Shown: positions 31,681 through 48,589 of the stretch, piece after piece
How positions within the stretch are numbered: the stretch's first letter is position 1
Layout of the letters: each line of letters begins with the position of its first letter
Assembly (NCBI RefSeq): GCF_009914755.1
Contig: NC_060939.1
DNA from: the human T2T-CHM13v2.0 reference genome, Homo sapiens
DNA: 64,000 nucleotides
Reading direction: 5' to 3' (one strand)
Position numbers and translations under genes: made by a program
The notes under the pieces: model-generated
Database searches by the model: none
The model's input: the letters and a program-made list of their open reading frames with translations, nothing else
Told to the model about the DNA's origin: nothing

Positions 31681-33383
31681 ACAAAACTTAAAGTTAAGAC
31701 TGTCCAAATAAAATTTCCTAAAAGTCAAAAAATAAGAAAAATATTCCAGAACTTAAAATTAAAAAAAATTAGAAACGACCTGAGATACAAGACTCAAACA
31801 AGAGGACTAAAATCCAATTAACAGACACTTCAAAATGAACAAATAAAATGGAAAGGAGAAAGTTAACAAAAATATGACAAGATTCAAGATTCCAACATTG
31901 AAAGAGCCTATCCATAGGCCTATCGATTCAGTGTGCCCAGCACAGTGAATGAAAAAAGACACACACTAAGTACAATGTTGTGCTATTTCAGCTCACCAAG
32001 GGAAAGACAAACTCCTAAAAGCTTCCAGAGAGAAAGTCATGCATAAATGAGTGAAACTCAGGGTGACATGAGGCTTCACCACCATGACTGGTTAGAAGAC
32101 AACAGCACAGACTTTGAAATTCTAAGGTAAAATTATCCTCAACCTAGAAGTACATAATCAACCAAACTATCAATCAAGTGTGAGGGTAGACTATGACAAA
32201 AGTGAATAGTGATGGAGATGGGCTAAGTACCAGGCACTGTTCTAAATGGTTTACATGTACCAACTCATTTAATCCTCATAGCTCCCTAGAAACATAGGTA
32301 CTAATACTATTACCGGTTCCCCCATTTTGCAAATGGAAATTGATGCATAGAGCAATTATGGAATCAGCCCAAGGGCATACAGCTAAGAAGTAATAGAACC
32401 AAGATTCAAACCTATCTCAGACTGGCTCCAAAACCCAAACACTGCATTGTATTTTTTCAGAAGCCAGAGATCAGAAAATATACCACTCCATGCTTTCTTA
32501 GGGTTTTACTTGAGGACATAGTCAGGTAAAATGACAAAGGGAAAGCCAAGAAAGATGACATGGGATCCAGGAAACAATGGATGTACTCTAGGAGAGCAGA
32601 TGAGAAAAACCTCAAGATGACATGTGCACAGCCAACCCGAAGAACAACCTGCCAAAATGGGCACACAGGAGCCAAAGGCTTTGGAAGAGAAGGAGATCTC
32701 ACAGAAAGGGCTACAACAGAATTTTTTAAATTAAAAATTACTGTTATGAGAAGACATTGCAAAACAAAAAGCAGCACCAAGAAAAGAAATATTCTATCCT
32801 AAATATTCTAGAAAATTTGGCTTCTCGAAGTCCTAATGATAATTAGTGATTACTTATATCACTAAAGATAATATCTGAGGAAGGCAAAGTGGGTGGTATA
32901 AGAGCTAAATTCTCATGTATTATACTAAAAAGTCAATAGCTGATGCCTAAATAGGTAAATCCAGGAAGAAGTTAGGGGTAGTGGTGAGCTAGTGGAGATT
33001 TCTGTTGCTTGTAGGAGATAATATTTGGGTGAGTCCTTAAGAAGCATAGACAGATTTAAGGAGATGGCATTTCTAGGTGAAGGCAAGTCAATAAGCAAAG
33101 ACAAACAATGAAAGAAGCAAGAACATTTATGGACCCCAGGAATATTCACAACAAAAAGCTGGTGTTAGGGAAAAGGGCAATTGTTTGCCTGCCATACTAA
33201 ATACCAGCAGTTCCAAAGAATGAAAATGTTATTTTTAGTATCTAAAACAGAACAAACAATTCAATAGGAACAGAAAAACTAACTTCTAAATAAGTTGAAT
33301 AATTTTTAAAAAATCATCCTAGTTTGACTTTTGTTTGAGACAATTTATTTTAGCTCTTGAACACTACAGAATTTTTACTTTAC

Positions 33384-33488
33384 CTGACCCATGGGTAGTG
33401 GTTGATCTGGCATCTCAACATTCGGGTGCTTAGGAAGGTTATATAATCTGCAGAGTCCACATATCAGCCACTTCCATTGCTGATGAAG
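33384..33488 (-). pseudogene. UBE2Q2-like exon 3 ([35 protein letters not shown])
   Basis: TTTTGTAG|CTT ... CAG|GTAAAG; 105 nt; open. Confidence 0.94.
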
Positions 33489-34661
33489 CTACAAAACACA
33501 TTTCAGTAAATAAGCATTATGTTAAAGAGCACTGAGAAGACATCAATAATGGTATGACTACTGCAATCAATCCAGTAGGAAATAAAAAAGTTTGTTACTG
33601 CTCAACTGCAGCTTACAGATATTTTAAAAAACTCTTTGAAATATTTTCAGGAGCCTCTAGTTTAAGAAAGTTACTATGGCTTGGTGTATAATCACTACAA
33701 CTGATACCTAATGGAATGACAACAATAAAGGCAGAGGAAGGAAGTTCCAGACATTGTCCAATTTCTCATTGCTACCTTGTTTTCTTAGAAACTTACAACT
33801 TCAAACAAGAGAACATTACTGCATTAATGAGGTGACCCAAAAAGGAAAAAGAAAAAAAACCACACACAGGCAGTATTGTTACACATGGATTATAAAATTA
33901 TATATTCCAGTCATAGTTAAAAGTACAAAAGCAAATGTGATCCAGCAGACAGAGCCTGGAAATCTAGATGACCTTGGATATCATATCTAATTCCTTGAGT
34001 TTCAGTGTACTCATCTGTAAAACAAGGAAATGAAAACTTCCCCGGAATAGTAAAGATTAAATGAAACCTGTAAAACACTTGATACTTAGTAGGCTCTTAA
34101 GTGTCTGTCTAAAAAATAATCATTCACTAGGAAACTGCAAAAAATAACTGTAAGTTTCCATGTTTAAGTCCAAATTGTATTGTAAGATTGTTTACTTTAA
34201 GGAAATAAGCAAGGTAAACTATGTGCACAAGTGTGGTTTTCATTGTTTAAAATGTTTTTTAATGTATAAGGTGACTCATATGGGATCTAATAAGCACTCA
34301 CTTCACTTGGTCAGGAACAATTTTCTGGGTGTCTCTGACCAAGAAAAGAGATGAAGAGAAAGAAGCAGGTTTACAAATGACAAAGTAAGAAGACACAGGA
34401 TTAGAATGGGTTAACAAAGCAAAGAATAAGCCTTCCCAAAGTGAACAATGAAGCAAGTGGAAACAGGAAGGTTGAACCGTAAATTAGGATACACCAAAAA
34501 TCCTCATGCTTAAAAGGAAGCCAAGCCCCAGTGTGGATTCATTATGCACGCAATGTGCTCTGTTTTGTGCTAAGTATATAATGAAGATGAGGCAGGGTGA
34601 TCTGGACACAGACCTGCACACTCTGACCTCTGGCACAGAAGGGGCTACAGGAGTGCTGGGG

Positions 34662-36101
34662 TGAAACAGGAATTAAAAGAAATTAAAGAATGTGAAACTA
34701 CCATCAGAGTGAACAGGCAACCTACAGAATGGGAGAAAATTTTTGCAATCTTCCCCTCTGACAAAGGACTAATATCCAGAATCTACAAAGAACTTAAACA
34801 AATTTACAAGAAAAAAATCAAACAACCCCATCAACAGAGACTTCTCAAAAGAAAACATTTATGCAGCCAACAGACACATGAAAAAACACCCATCATCATT
34901 GGCCATCAGAGCAATGCAAATCAAAACCACAATGAGATACCATCTCACACCAGTTAGAATGGCAACCATTAAAAAGTCAGGAAACAACAGGCGCTGGAGA
35001 GGATGTGGAGAAATAGGAACACTTTTACACTGTTGGTGGAACTGTAAACTAGTTCAACCATTGTGGAAGACAGTGTGGCAATTCCTCAAGGATCTAGAAC
35101 TAGAAATACCATTTGACCCAGCCATCCCATTACTGGGTATATACCCAAAGGATTATAAATCATGCTGCTATAAAGACACATGCACACATATGTTTAGTGC
35201 GGCACTATTCACAATAGCAAAGACTTGGAACCAACCCAAATGTCCATCAATGATAGACTGGATTAAGAAAATGTGGCACATACACACCATGGAATACTAT
35301 GCAGCCATAAAAAAGGATGAGTTCATGTCCTTTGTAGGGACATGGATGAAGCTGGAAACCATCATTCTCAGCAAACTATCGCAAGGACAGAAAACCAAAC
35401 ACCACATGTTCTCACTCATAGGTGGGAATTGAACAATGAAAACACTTGGACACAGGATGGGGAACATCACGCACTGGGGCCTGTTGTGGGGTGGGGGGAG
35501 GGGAGAGGTATACCTAATGTAAATGATGAGTTAATGGGTACAGCATACCAACATGGCACATGTATACATATGTAAAAAACCTCCACATTATGCACATGTA
35601 TCCCAGAACTTAAAGTATAAAAATAATAATAAAAAAGAATGTGTAAGCAAACACTGTTTGTTAAAAAAAAAAAAACCGAATTCCCCCTAAGAAAGAAAAA
35701 GAGGTGGAGTCCTTTAAAAATTAACTGCCTGTTTTTCTGAGGCTAGTGAACCTCATCTCTCCTCCTCTCCCAGGCATTGTGAAGACCCTGTTTCTCTAGC
35801 TGTGCAGCTGCAAGGTCACTAGACAGATAAACTCAAGTTGTAAAACATGTTTTTCCTTGAAAAGTAAGAAATAATGTAATGCATGTCTCAACTGAATAAC
35901 TGTCTTTGTTTCTTGCTTCTGTAATATGCTTCCCCTTGCACAGATCTCCCCCGAACCCACAAAATGCTTAAAAGGTAACCTGACTCTTTGTTCAGGGCTC
36001 AGTCCTTTAGATGTTAATTTGACTGGGCCGGTGCACCTAAATAATAATATATATCCTCCTCAACCCCTCAGTCTCTCGGATTCCTAAATTATCCCACTGC
36101 A
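34662..36101 (+). mobile_element. ERV1-class solo LTR (LTR15-like), split by an L1
   Basis: TG start (tgaaacaggaattaaaagaaattaaagaatgtg); resumes after the L1 at ~35634; ends ...cactgca. Confidence 0.7.
34695..35633 (+). mobile_element. 5'-truncated L1PA (ORF2 C-terminus + 3'UTR + A tail)
   Basis: Canonical ORF2 peptide ([10 protein letters not shown]...CWRGCGE-like...SLIGGN*); TSD AAAGAATGTG at 34685-34694 and 35634-35643. Confidence 0.96.
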
Positions 36102-36159
36102 GTGGGAGAGAGGCAGCAGGTTAGTGAGTCATACCAAGCAACAAGAAAGACAGGGTAGT

Positions 36160-36607
<448 letters not shown>

Positions 36608-38109
36608 TCACAGGGAAAATAGTAAGAACATTCAGAAGGACAGGTCTTAGAAATTTACTAGTTTGGGGGGATAAGAGAACAGTAGCATATAAAAGAACGC
36701 TAAGACAGTTCCCAGGTTTAGGCATGGGTGACTACTTTGATTATTTCATTTTGTCCCACTCACAATGACAAGGAGAATTATTGATGGAACACATGATGGG
36801 GCTGATAGGGTGCTAGGAGGTGGATACATGAAAATTTAAATATCATCTTGAACACCCACGTCATGCCAAGTGAGATTCCCTAACATATATGATATACAGA
36901 CAGAAATATGGGTATGAAACTCTGGAGATGAATACAGATTTAGGAATCCCTGGAACACAGGTCATGACTTAAGTAATGGGAGTCAAAGACTACTCAGAGA
37001 AAGCACAGAATGAGAAGAGAAGAAAGAAGTAGGCCAAGGAAGAAGAGCTCGGAGGAGACCAAGGCAGGGTGATAAGATCAAAACAGGAGAAAATAATCTG
37101 ATAAAAGTCCCAGTTGATTATCACGTCCCTTCCCAGAGGATAGGGAAATACCTTTTTTGTCTTTTATACCCAATTATCACAGGTCCTGGCACAGAAGCCA
37201 CACAGTCTTTTTTAATTGTGTTCTACTATTCACAGTTCCCTGTATCCAACAGGGGAGAAAAAAGCAAGTATAAACTAGCACAGACATAGATGTTTTTACA
37301 CTGTATACTAAAGGGGTCAGATTATATATAATATTTTATGCCTTACTTTTTTACTTAATATATCTTAGAAGTTTGCACATGCTCTTATGGAAAGACTGGC
37401 TGCATTTTTTTTGGTCTACAACAGAATATTCTATTATAAAACTGTACACTATAATTTTTATTTAACCAACTCTTTATTGGTGGACATTAAGAACGGAGGA
37501 ATGTTTCAACAAGGGAACAATCAACATTAACAAAATACTGCAGAGGGGTCAATTTGGGGACTAAGAGGGGAGCCACTGGATTTGGCAACTAGGAGATAAA
37601 TTTTAGCGCAACGATGAAGGCAGAATCCAGAGTATAATGAGCTCAGTGAAAAAAGGTGAAGACATGTAGCTTATTCTCTCAAGAAACTAGGTTATGATAA
37701 ACTGGCAGAGGCTCTAAGAGTGGGAGGTGAGTTGTTTTCTCCTTCATGTAAATACATTTACTTTTTTAAACACTAGGCCCAAATTTATATCCTACTTCAT
37801 TTAAGTTTTGAACATGTTTATGTTGTATGTATGTTATGTAATATTTTAGACACTGAAAAAAACCTCATTTCTGCTATTATAAAACTGTTATCTTTAGATA
37901 TTCAGAAGCAGCTTCCTAAAAGGAGGTAGCAGTAATGGAGCTATGTCTATCATTCTTTCTATCAACCCCCTTGCTGGAGATGTAAACATGTGTCCATCAA
38001 GCCTTTAATTTTTACCTCTTATCTTCATGGCTCTCCATACAAAACTTAACTCTATTTTGTATGTGTATGTGTGTTTATATGTATATCTATGTCTAGAAAG
38101 AGAGAGAGA

Positions 38110-38220
38110 GAGAGTCTTGTTATGTTGCCCAGGCTGATCTCAAACTCCTGAGCTCAAGCAATCTTCTCACCTTGGCCTTGAAAGTGCTGGGATTACAGGT
38201 GTGAACCACTGTGCCCAGCC
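38110..38220 (-). mobile_element. Alu monomer (FLAM)
   Basis: Left-arm consensus, antisense. Confidence 0.8.
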
Positions 38221-38692
38221 TCAGCCTTAACTCTTAAAATATCTTCAAACCAATGTTCTTCCGTTCTAATTTTTAAGAATAGATGTGTTTTAACCTACTA
38301 CAACTTATTTTGACAAAAATTGAAGTTAAGACTCAAACTTCCTCAAATGGCCAGTTCTCCTAAAACTATTTATAGAATAATCTATCTTTTCACTAGTAAG
38401 TTAAAACACCACCTTTTCCTTATACTAAATTCTCATTTGCATGACTCTGGTTTTAAACTTCCATTACCTTTATCTGTCTGGCCCAGGGCTAGTCCACAAT
38501 ATTTTATTTAATATCTGGTTGAAAGAGTTTATACTTTATTATTTTTTATTATTTACTCTTCTAAACAAATTTTAGAGTCATTTTGTCAAGTGCCAAAAAT
38601 AAATCTGCTGGAATTTCTACTGAAATTTGTATATATACACATACATACACAATTTATATATATAAAATACAAAATGTGTATATATACACACA

Positions 38693-38931
38693 CTTTTTTT
38701 TCTTTTTTCTTTTTTTTTGAGACAGGGTCTCACTCTGTCACCTAGGCTGGAGTTCACAGGCATGATCTCGGCTCACTGCAACCTCTGCCTCCCAGGCTCA
38801 AGTGATCCTCCCTCCTCAGCCTAATGAGTAGTTGGAACTACAAGTGTGTGCCACAGACACCCAGCTAATTGTCATCTACCCGCCTCAGCTTCCCCAACTG
38901 TTTGGATTACAGGTATGAGCCACTGTGCCCA
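38693..38931 (-). mobile_element. AluJ with internal deletion
   Basis: Right arm joined directly to the 5' part of the left arm. Confidence 0.85.
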
Positions 38932-39358
38932 GCAGAAATTACATTTATAAATTAATATGAAGACATGGTGATAACTAACATATTTATAACATGAAATCTG
39001 CTCATCCAGGAACATAGAATGCAAATCTTTCATTCCACTCAGCAAAATTTTGTCCTGTCCTTGATAAAAGCCCTGCACATCTAAGTTTATTCCTAGGTAT
39101 TTAATTTTTGCTGAAATACCTGAAAAAATACTTCATCACTATATCTTCTATGTGATTATAGCTAACATTGGGGAAGGCTATTGATTTTTATATAAAAGAA
39201 CTTTTAACCAGTAATCTTAAAATTTTTTTTTCAGTTGGTTCCTTTGGATATTTTTAGGTAAACAATCATGTCAACTGAAAATAATGATTGTTATTTTTCT
39301 ATAAAGACTATGACATCCTGGGAAAATACAGTAAATACTTTTTAAAAGAATATAAAAT

Positions 39359-39691
<333 letters not shown>

Positions 39692-40377
39692 TTAAACATA
39701 TGTATAAGGGTTATGTATTTTACTAGCAAAGAAAAAATATATACTGGCAGAAAATGGCCATCATGTCAACTGTCAATAGTGGTTATATTAGGTAGATAAA
39801 TTATGGGAGACTTTAATTTTTTTCTTTTCTCTTTTCTGTACTTTACTAATTTTCTCAACAATGGTTGCTTATGAGTTTTATAATTTAAAAAAGGTTTTTA
39901 AAATTTTTCCAACATGGAAAGTTGTACTTCTTTATATACTAAAACAAGAACAAAACTTCCTATTTGAATACCTTTGACTTTTACTGCAGACTTACAGACC
40001 CTTGAAAGAAAAGGCAATCCCCTCCCACTAGTTCTGGTGTCATTCTCCCCTTCTCTCCTTTCACTTCCACCTTGGTCTTTTTTCTACTTCCCACCTTGGC
40101 TAGTGGTCACTACCCAAAATGCTTGCTTGGCTTAATGGTTAGAATTCAGGGAAAAAGAGATCCTGAATTCCTAATCTAAACTAAGGTTATACATGTGGGA
40201 AATAATAAAGAGAATCCAGGTAGTAAGTAAGATTGGAAGGACTTAAAATACCCAGACTTTAATTCCTCTAATATTATAGTCATTAATCATGCTTTTGTTT
40301 TTATCATATCTTAATATTTAATTTCTAAATATAATGTTCATGAGGAAAAGAGAAAATAGCTTGGCTTCTTTCCTCAC

Positions 40378-40479
40378 TGAATTGTTTTTCTTAGCATCTT
40401 CTAGACATTCCAGAACTGATGTCAGATTTGGCTCATCATAGTCCACAAACCATATTGGTAAAGAAAATGAAGAGGATTC
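40378..40479 (-). pseudogene. UBE2Q2-like exon 2 ([34 protein letters not shown])
   Basis: AG|GAATCC ... TCA|GTGAGG; 102 nt; open. Confidence 0.93.
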
Positions 40480-40706
40480 CTGTTTAACACAGAGACACCT
40501 ATGTTAAACATTACATACAGACTAACCCAAATATGCAATTAAACCACACCACTAAATGGCAAGATGACCATGGATTTAAACAAAATGTATGGGGGAAAAG
40601 GCAACACATTAAATTCATGTGAGGAGCTGGACTTCTGAAACAGCCATTCTCCTTGCATAGCACTGTCTGCTGCTACAGCTCATAGAAGTCAACAATTTTC
40701 TTCAAC

Positions 40707-41240
40707 ACTGGTAGGCAGCCTCTAAATGGCCCTGATCACCCTCACCTCCTGCCATTCACACCCTTGTAAAATTCCACCCCTGGACCTAGTGACTCACTTC
40801 TAACAAAGAGAATACAGCAAAAGTAATAACATCACTTCTGAGATGAGGCTACAAGGAGACTACGATGCCTGCCTTGGTCACCCTTCTCCTGCTCTTTCCA
40901 TTGCTCCCTCTGATGGAAGCCAGTTGCCATGTGATGAGGTGCCCTATGGAGAGGCCCACATGGCAAGGTATTGTAAAAGGCCTCTGACCAATAGCCATCT
41001 AGAAACGGAGGCCCAGTCCAGCAGCCTCTGAGGTGAATCCTGCCAGTGTGAGCTTGGAGACAGATTCTCTCCCTATCCTGCCTTGGGATGATCACAGCCG
41101 CCATCAACACCTTCACTGCCTGGTGAGAGACCAAGCCAGTGAACCCAAGATAAACTGCACAGAATTCTGACCCACAGAAACTGTGAGATAATGTTTGTTG
41201 TTTTAAGCTGCTAAATTTGTTACAGAGCAATAGATAACTA
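40707..41240 (+). mobile_element. MLT1-type MaLR LTR
   Basis: ggtaggcagcctctaaatggccc...gaggcccacatggcaagg...agcaatagataactaa. Confidence 0.8.
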
Positions 41241-41606
41241 ATTCAAACAGCATAAAATTCTAATATTTTATTCTATCACACAAACCAAGTAATACCAAAA
41301 ATGCCATTACTATACATGTATTTTCAGAACACAATTACATGTGATTTTTTTTAAAAGCTAATGAAGTAAGCATTATGTGCTTTCACCCACTAATAGACAT
41401 TTACTCTGTTCTAGGATTTTCCATTATAAATTGGGGAAAAGTCATTATTATTATATATTAGCTTCAGAAGAACTAGGTTCAAGTCATGCAAAACCATTTC
41501 GCACAAACTACTTTAGGAAATATTGCTTTAAAAACTGTAATCTGAATGATAGCTGAAGCCACAGAAACCAAATATTTACCAAAGGTTCTTTTAAGAAAAC
41601 CAAGTT

Positions 41607-41905
41607 GGCCGGGTGCGGTGGCTCACACCTGTAATCCCGGCACTTTGGGAGGCCGAGGTGGGCAGATCACGAGGTCAGGAGATCGAGACATCCCAGCCAA
41701 CATGGTGAAACCCCATCTCTACTCAAATAATAACAATTAGCCAGGTGTGGTGGCATGTGCCAGTAGTTCCAACTACTCAGGAGGCTGAGGCAGGGTAAGA
41801 GCTTGAACCCAGGTTTCAGTGAGCTGAGAAGCGCCACTGCACTCCAGCCTGGTGACAGAGCAAGACTCCATCTCAAAAAAAAAAAAAAAAAAAGAAAGAA
41901 AGAAA
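41607..41905 (+). mobile_element. AluSc-like
   Basis: Dimer with long A tail. Confidence 0.9.
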
Positions 41906-42053
41906 AGAAAAACAAGTTGTATTGAAGGAGCATATCATTAACAGTATATCTATTCAATAATGATTTTACTATTCTCATTCTTCTCATTCCTCTCTTATAG
42001 TGTCCCAAATCTCTTTACAGTCTAAAAGAAACTCTTCAGAGTTAATCCTATTC

Positions 42054-42352
<299 letters not shown>

Positions 42353-42713
42353 GACAATCCTATTCTTAAAGAATACCACTTACTGACTATTGCATTTTCA
42401 TCTCCAAATTCTTCAGCATACATTGGGAATACAACATATGGACCATTTTCACATTTTTAGTTTTGGGGGTTTTTGTTTGTTTGTTTGTTTGTTTTGGCTA
42501 AAGAAACTGCAACTAGATTTAGGACCTCATTCTATTAGGTTAGTATCTGTCTACTAAACTTCAGCATAAGCAAAATAAAATACATGTTGTTGCTCTGGAG
42601 TGAAACCCCTCAAAACCAAATTTTAAAAATTACAAAAACATTAACTGAAATCAAGTTTTTAAAAATCTTGTAGATGAAAAGATATGATATATAGTAGGTT
42701 TAAGTACCTATTT

Positions 42714-44366
<1,653 letters not shown>

Positions 44367-44802
44367 CCTTCCCCTCCACTTTCTTCCTTCCCTAGAATTT
44401 CTTCCTTGGAAGAAACATTCCTTTACCATTCTATGTTAACTTACATAGTTCCATTGAGGCCAGTTTTGCTAACTCTCTCCCGTCTTTCCACATCCCTCTC
44501 TTGACACAAAACCTAACCAAAGGACTCTACTGGCCCACCCCATTTCCAGTGATTAGCTGTCAGGTGGGCTAAGCCAAGAAAACCTGGGTTTTCACTGAGA
44601 CTAGACCTCTCCTTTTGGGAGAGATGGAATCACAGGGACAAGGTTGGCCACCTAGGGGTAGTCAGAATCCATCTTGCCTAAATGGGAAGAGGTTAGGCAA
44701 GTTTCTAGAAAGCCAAAATGCTTTCTAGAAAGTCAAGATAATTATACTTTCTGCCACGACTGTGAGAATGCCCATTTCATTGCATACTTTCTAACATTTT
44801 TA

Positions 44803-45136
<334 letters not shown>

Positions 45137-45267
45137 GTTTCCATACAATATAATTTGTTCCATCTCTAGAAACCAATGCAGCAATAACTGAAAGCCACCA
45201 CTTGGAAGGTTTCAAGGATTTAGCTCTACCTGTTGATGTCCAAAGCATTAGTTAAGGTAGAAAAAAA

Positions 45268-45269
<2 letters not shown>

Positions 45270-45328
<59 letters not shown>
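45270..45328. repeat. (CA)n(CT)n microsatellite
   Basis: Directly visible. Confidence 0.95.
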
Positions 45329-45333
<5 letters not shown>

Positions 45334-46489
45334 CTATGTAGTCAGTACCAGGAAACATGAAAGACTAGATGGTACAGTCATCCAACACAAAGCACACAAT
45401 AACTGAAGGCACTGTAGAGGAGTAACTTATGACACAAATCTACAATATTGTTGAGTGAACATGCAGATTACAAAAAAAAATCTGATTTTTTAAGGGAGAG
45501 GGAACACATACAAGCAAAGGAGAAAAGAGATGAGCAGATGACTGAAAGATACAAAATTCTGATAGTGGTACATTCTGAGTGGTAGAATTATTGGTATTAC
45601 TTTCTAGTTTTGCCTAAAAATTTTCTAAATTTCTTAAAATAAGAACTTTTTGTTACCCATATTATAAAATATCCATCACCCCAGGAAACTTAACCTTGAG
45701 CACAAACTCTACAACATGTTCAATGTTTGTTCAGTTTAATATTTAAGAGACAACCTATTTTGAAAGAAATCTAAAATGATGACCAATATTTAAACCTATG
45801 CATTAATATTTTTCAATCATATCCTTTACATTTTGTAATTTTGATAAGGTTAAGCTTTAGATCCATCTTGAAAAGATAAGTTTTCTATTTGTCTTTAAAA
45901 TACGACCCACAATATGCCTGTTTTTAAACAGTGAATGATGCTCAAAAATCACAATATAAATTCAGGCAGTGTTCCCTACATGGAATGTTTAAGTACTTCT
46001 AACACTGCTCTTTTTCACCGGTTATGAAAACACAGAACAATTATCTAAGCATCTAATTATTCAGGTCCTTTGTTTCTCCTCCATTCTATTAGTTTTATAG
46101 TAATTTTAGGGCCTGTGAGGATGAAGTTCTCTGTGACAGCTACCACAAAGCTTACTATAAGCAGACAAATTTCAAACAAGTTTATCACCACTACCAACCC
46201 CACCATAAAACTGTCTCAATCAAGGGCAACACAATTCAAGGTTAGCCAAGACAACCTCTTTACCTGTCACTGCTTAAGAAAAGGATTTTTTGGTCTTAAT
46301 TAGAAACAATATTCTGTATCTATTTTTCTCCATAAATCCACTGAGACCAATGTGTGGCTCTATCTCAAGCACCAGCAAGCAAAACTGCCTGCCGGTATGT
46401 TAGGTTTTTGTATCTTTCCAAATGTAGGGCACAGCTATCTTTTGATATAATTTTTTGAAAACTGATGCACATATTTTTCTTGCAAGTTC

Positions 46490-46794
<305 letters not shown>

Positions 46795-46951
46795 TCAGAT
46801 ATACAGCAGTTGTAATTTTTCTGAAGGCTGGTTATGGGACACGTTACTTTCATACTTTGCTGTTCAATAAATGTGGGGTGGAGAATAAAGTAAATTGACA
46901 GAATTACCATATAAAATAAAATTCTAAGTCCTCTGACAACAAAAGAAACTT

Positions 46952-46954
<3 letters not shown>

Positions 46955-47001
<47 letters not shown>
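46955..47001. repeat. (CA)n microsatellite
   Basis: Directly visible. Confidence 0.95.
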
Positions 47002-47005
<4 letters not shown>

Positions 47006-47921
47006 TTTCCCTGCTAATCATTTTACATCTAAACAACCAAGTAGCTAACCCAGAGCCCACAAAAGCAGAGTAAAAATTCTAACACTTGGTAAAATAAAAA
47101 TGCACATATATCCCTGTCATCTAAAAAAAAATGCTTACGTATTCAAAGACAGCAATTACAGCTACTGAGAACATCATTGTTAGCAAACTGAGGCAGAGAA
47201 AACAAAGGTGCTGATGAGGATTTGAACCACCTAAGCTGCAGAAACCCACTGGATGGTTTCCTAGGTTCCAAGTTGGCATTATCTTTCAGAACGATCTTCT
47301 AGAAGAGATCACATAACACTGTTACAAAGGATCTGGAGAAAGGGACCCTGGCTTCATCACTCTGGCTCTCCAGTCATGCTTTACATTTTCACTTCTTACA
47401 CTCTCTTTCATAGGAAGTCAATTTACAGGCCTCCATCAAGCCCTTAGAGACCTTTTTGTACTATCCATGACAAGTTCTTGATGTTATGTCTGCACTTCTG
47501 ACAAATTCTTAGCAGTTAACTTACAAGGCAGTTAAGGTTTTTGTTCAAGCACAATATAGCTAGAATAGGGTCATACATTCAATAAAACAAATATTTACCA
47601 AGCATTTATTGAGTAGAAGATAAAAAGCACAAAGCATAATTATAAAATATTCTCCCCTGCCATCATAAAAAAAAAATTAAAAAGCCTTACAGAATACAGC
47701 ATAACATGACCAAAGCAAAAATAGTGAGGACTAAAGAGGGGAGGAAGGGGAAATATCAGCATGAACTGAATATGACCCAGAAGAGCCTTGATGGTCAGAC
47801 ATGTAAAGACAAATTGGGTAGGGTTAGGGGGTGGCTGTCAGGGGCACATTCTACAGGGGAAAAATAGATGATACAGAAGCCTGAAAGGAAAGCGGGCAGA
47901 GCACCTGGACAGGACTCTTAC

Positions 47922-48071
47922 CTGCTGCATCCAGGGTACAATGTGCCTTTCCAGAACACAGCAGCGACCCGGGATAGAGGGATCGCTCAAACAGCACCAG
48001 AGGCTGCATTCCAACTTTTCCTCCATCAACAAGCCCGTTTTCATTGTTAGTTTCTCCTTAAACACGATTGG
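47922..48071 (-). pseudogene. Cassette/alternative exon 1b, 150 nt, phase 0-0 (PIVFKEKLTMKTGLLMEEKLECSLWCCLSDPSIPGRCCVLERHIVPWMQQ)
   Basis: Acceptor TTTTCCTTGTTCCCGCATGTTCAG|, donor CAG|GTAAGA, open frame. Resembles the alternative N-terminus I recall for UBE2Q2/UBE2Q2L products. Confidence 0.7.
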
Positions 48072-48137
48072 CTGAACATGCGGGAACAAGGAAAACCTGA
48101 CTGAAGAACGAGGCATTTAAGCTTAAGGGCCTTGGAT

Positions 48138-48426
48138 CTGGGCGCGGTGGCTCAGGCCTGTAATCCCAGAACTCTGGGAGGCAGAGATGGGTCATTTGAG
48201 GTCAGGAGTTCGAGACCAGCCTGGCCAACATGGTGAAACCCTGTCTCTACTAAACAACACAAAAGTTAGCCAGGCGTGGTGTCAGGAGCCTGTAATCCTA
48301 GCTACTCGGGAGGCTGAGGCAGGAGAATCGCTTGAACCCATGGACTGTCAAGAGACGGAGGCTGCAGTAAGCCGAGATCACCCCACTGCACTCCAGCCTG
48401 GGCGACAGAGTGAGACTCCATCTCAA
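48138..48426 (+). mobile_element. AluS lacking its A tail
   Basis: Dimer ends at ...ccatctcaa and abuts an antisense Alu. Confidence 0.9.
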
Positions 48427-48585
48427 CAAGTGCCTGCCACCATGCCCGGCTAATTTTTGTATTTTTAGTAGAGACAGGGTTTTACCATGTTGGCCGGGCT
48501 AGTCTAGAACTCCTGACCTCAGGCGATCCAGCTGCGTCAGCCTCCCAAAGTACTGGGATTACAGGAACGAGCACTGCGCCCGGCC
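48427..48585 (-). mobile_element. AluS, partial (left arm + linker + start of right arm)
   Basis: Antisense consensus from gtgcctgccaccatgcccggc to gcgcccggcc. Confidence 0.9.
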
Positions 48586-48589
48586 AAAA

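Noticed and set aside
34878-35432. 184-aa ORF
   Set aside because: C-terminus of L1 ORF2 in a 5'-truncated element; not a gene.
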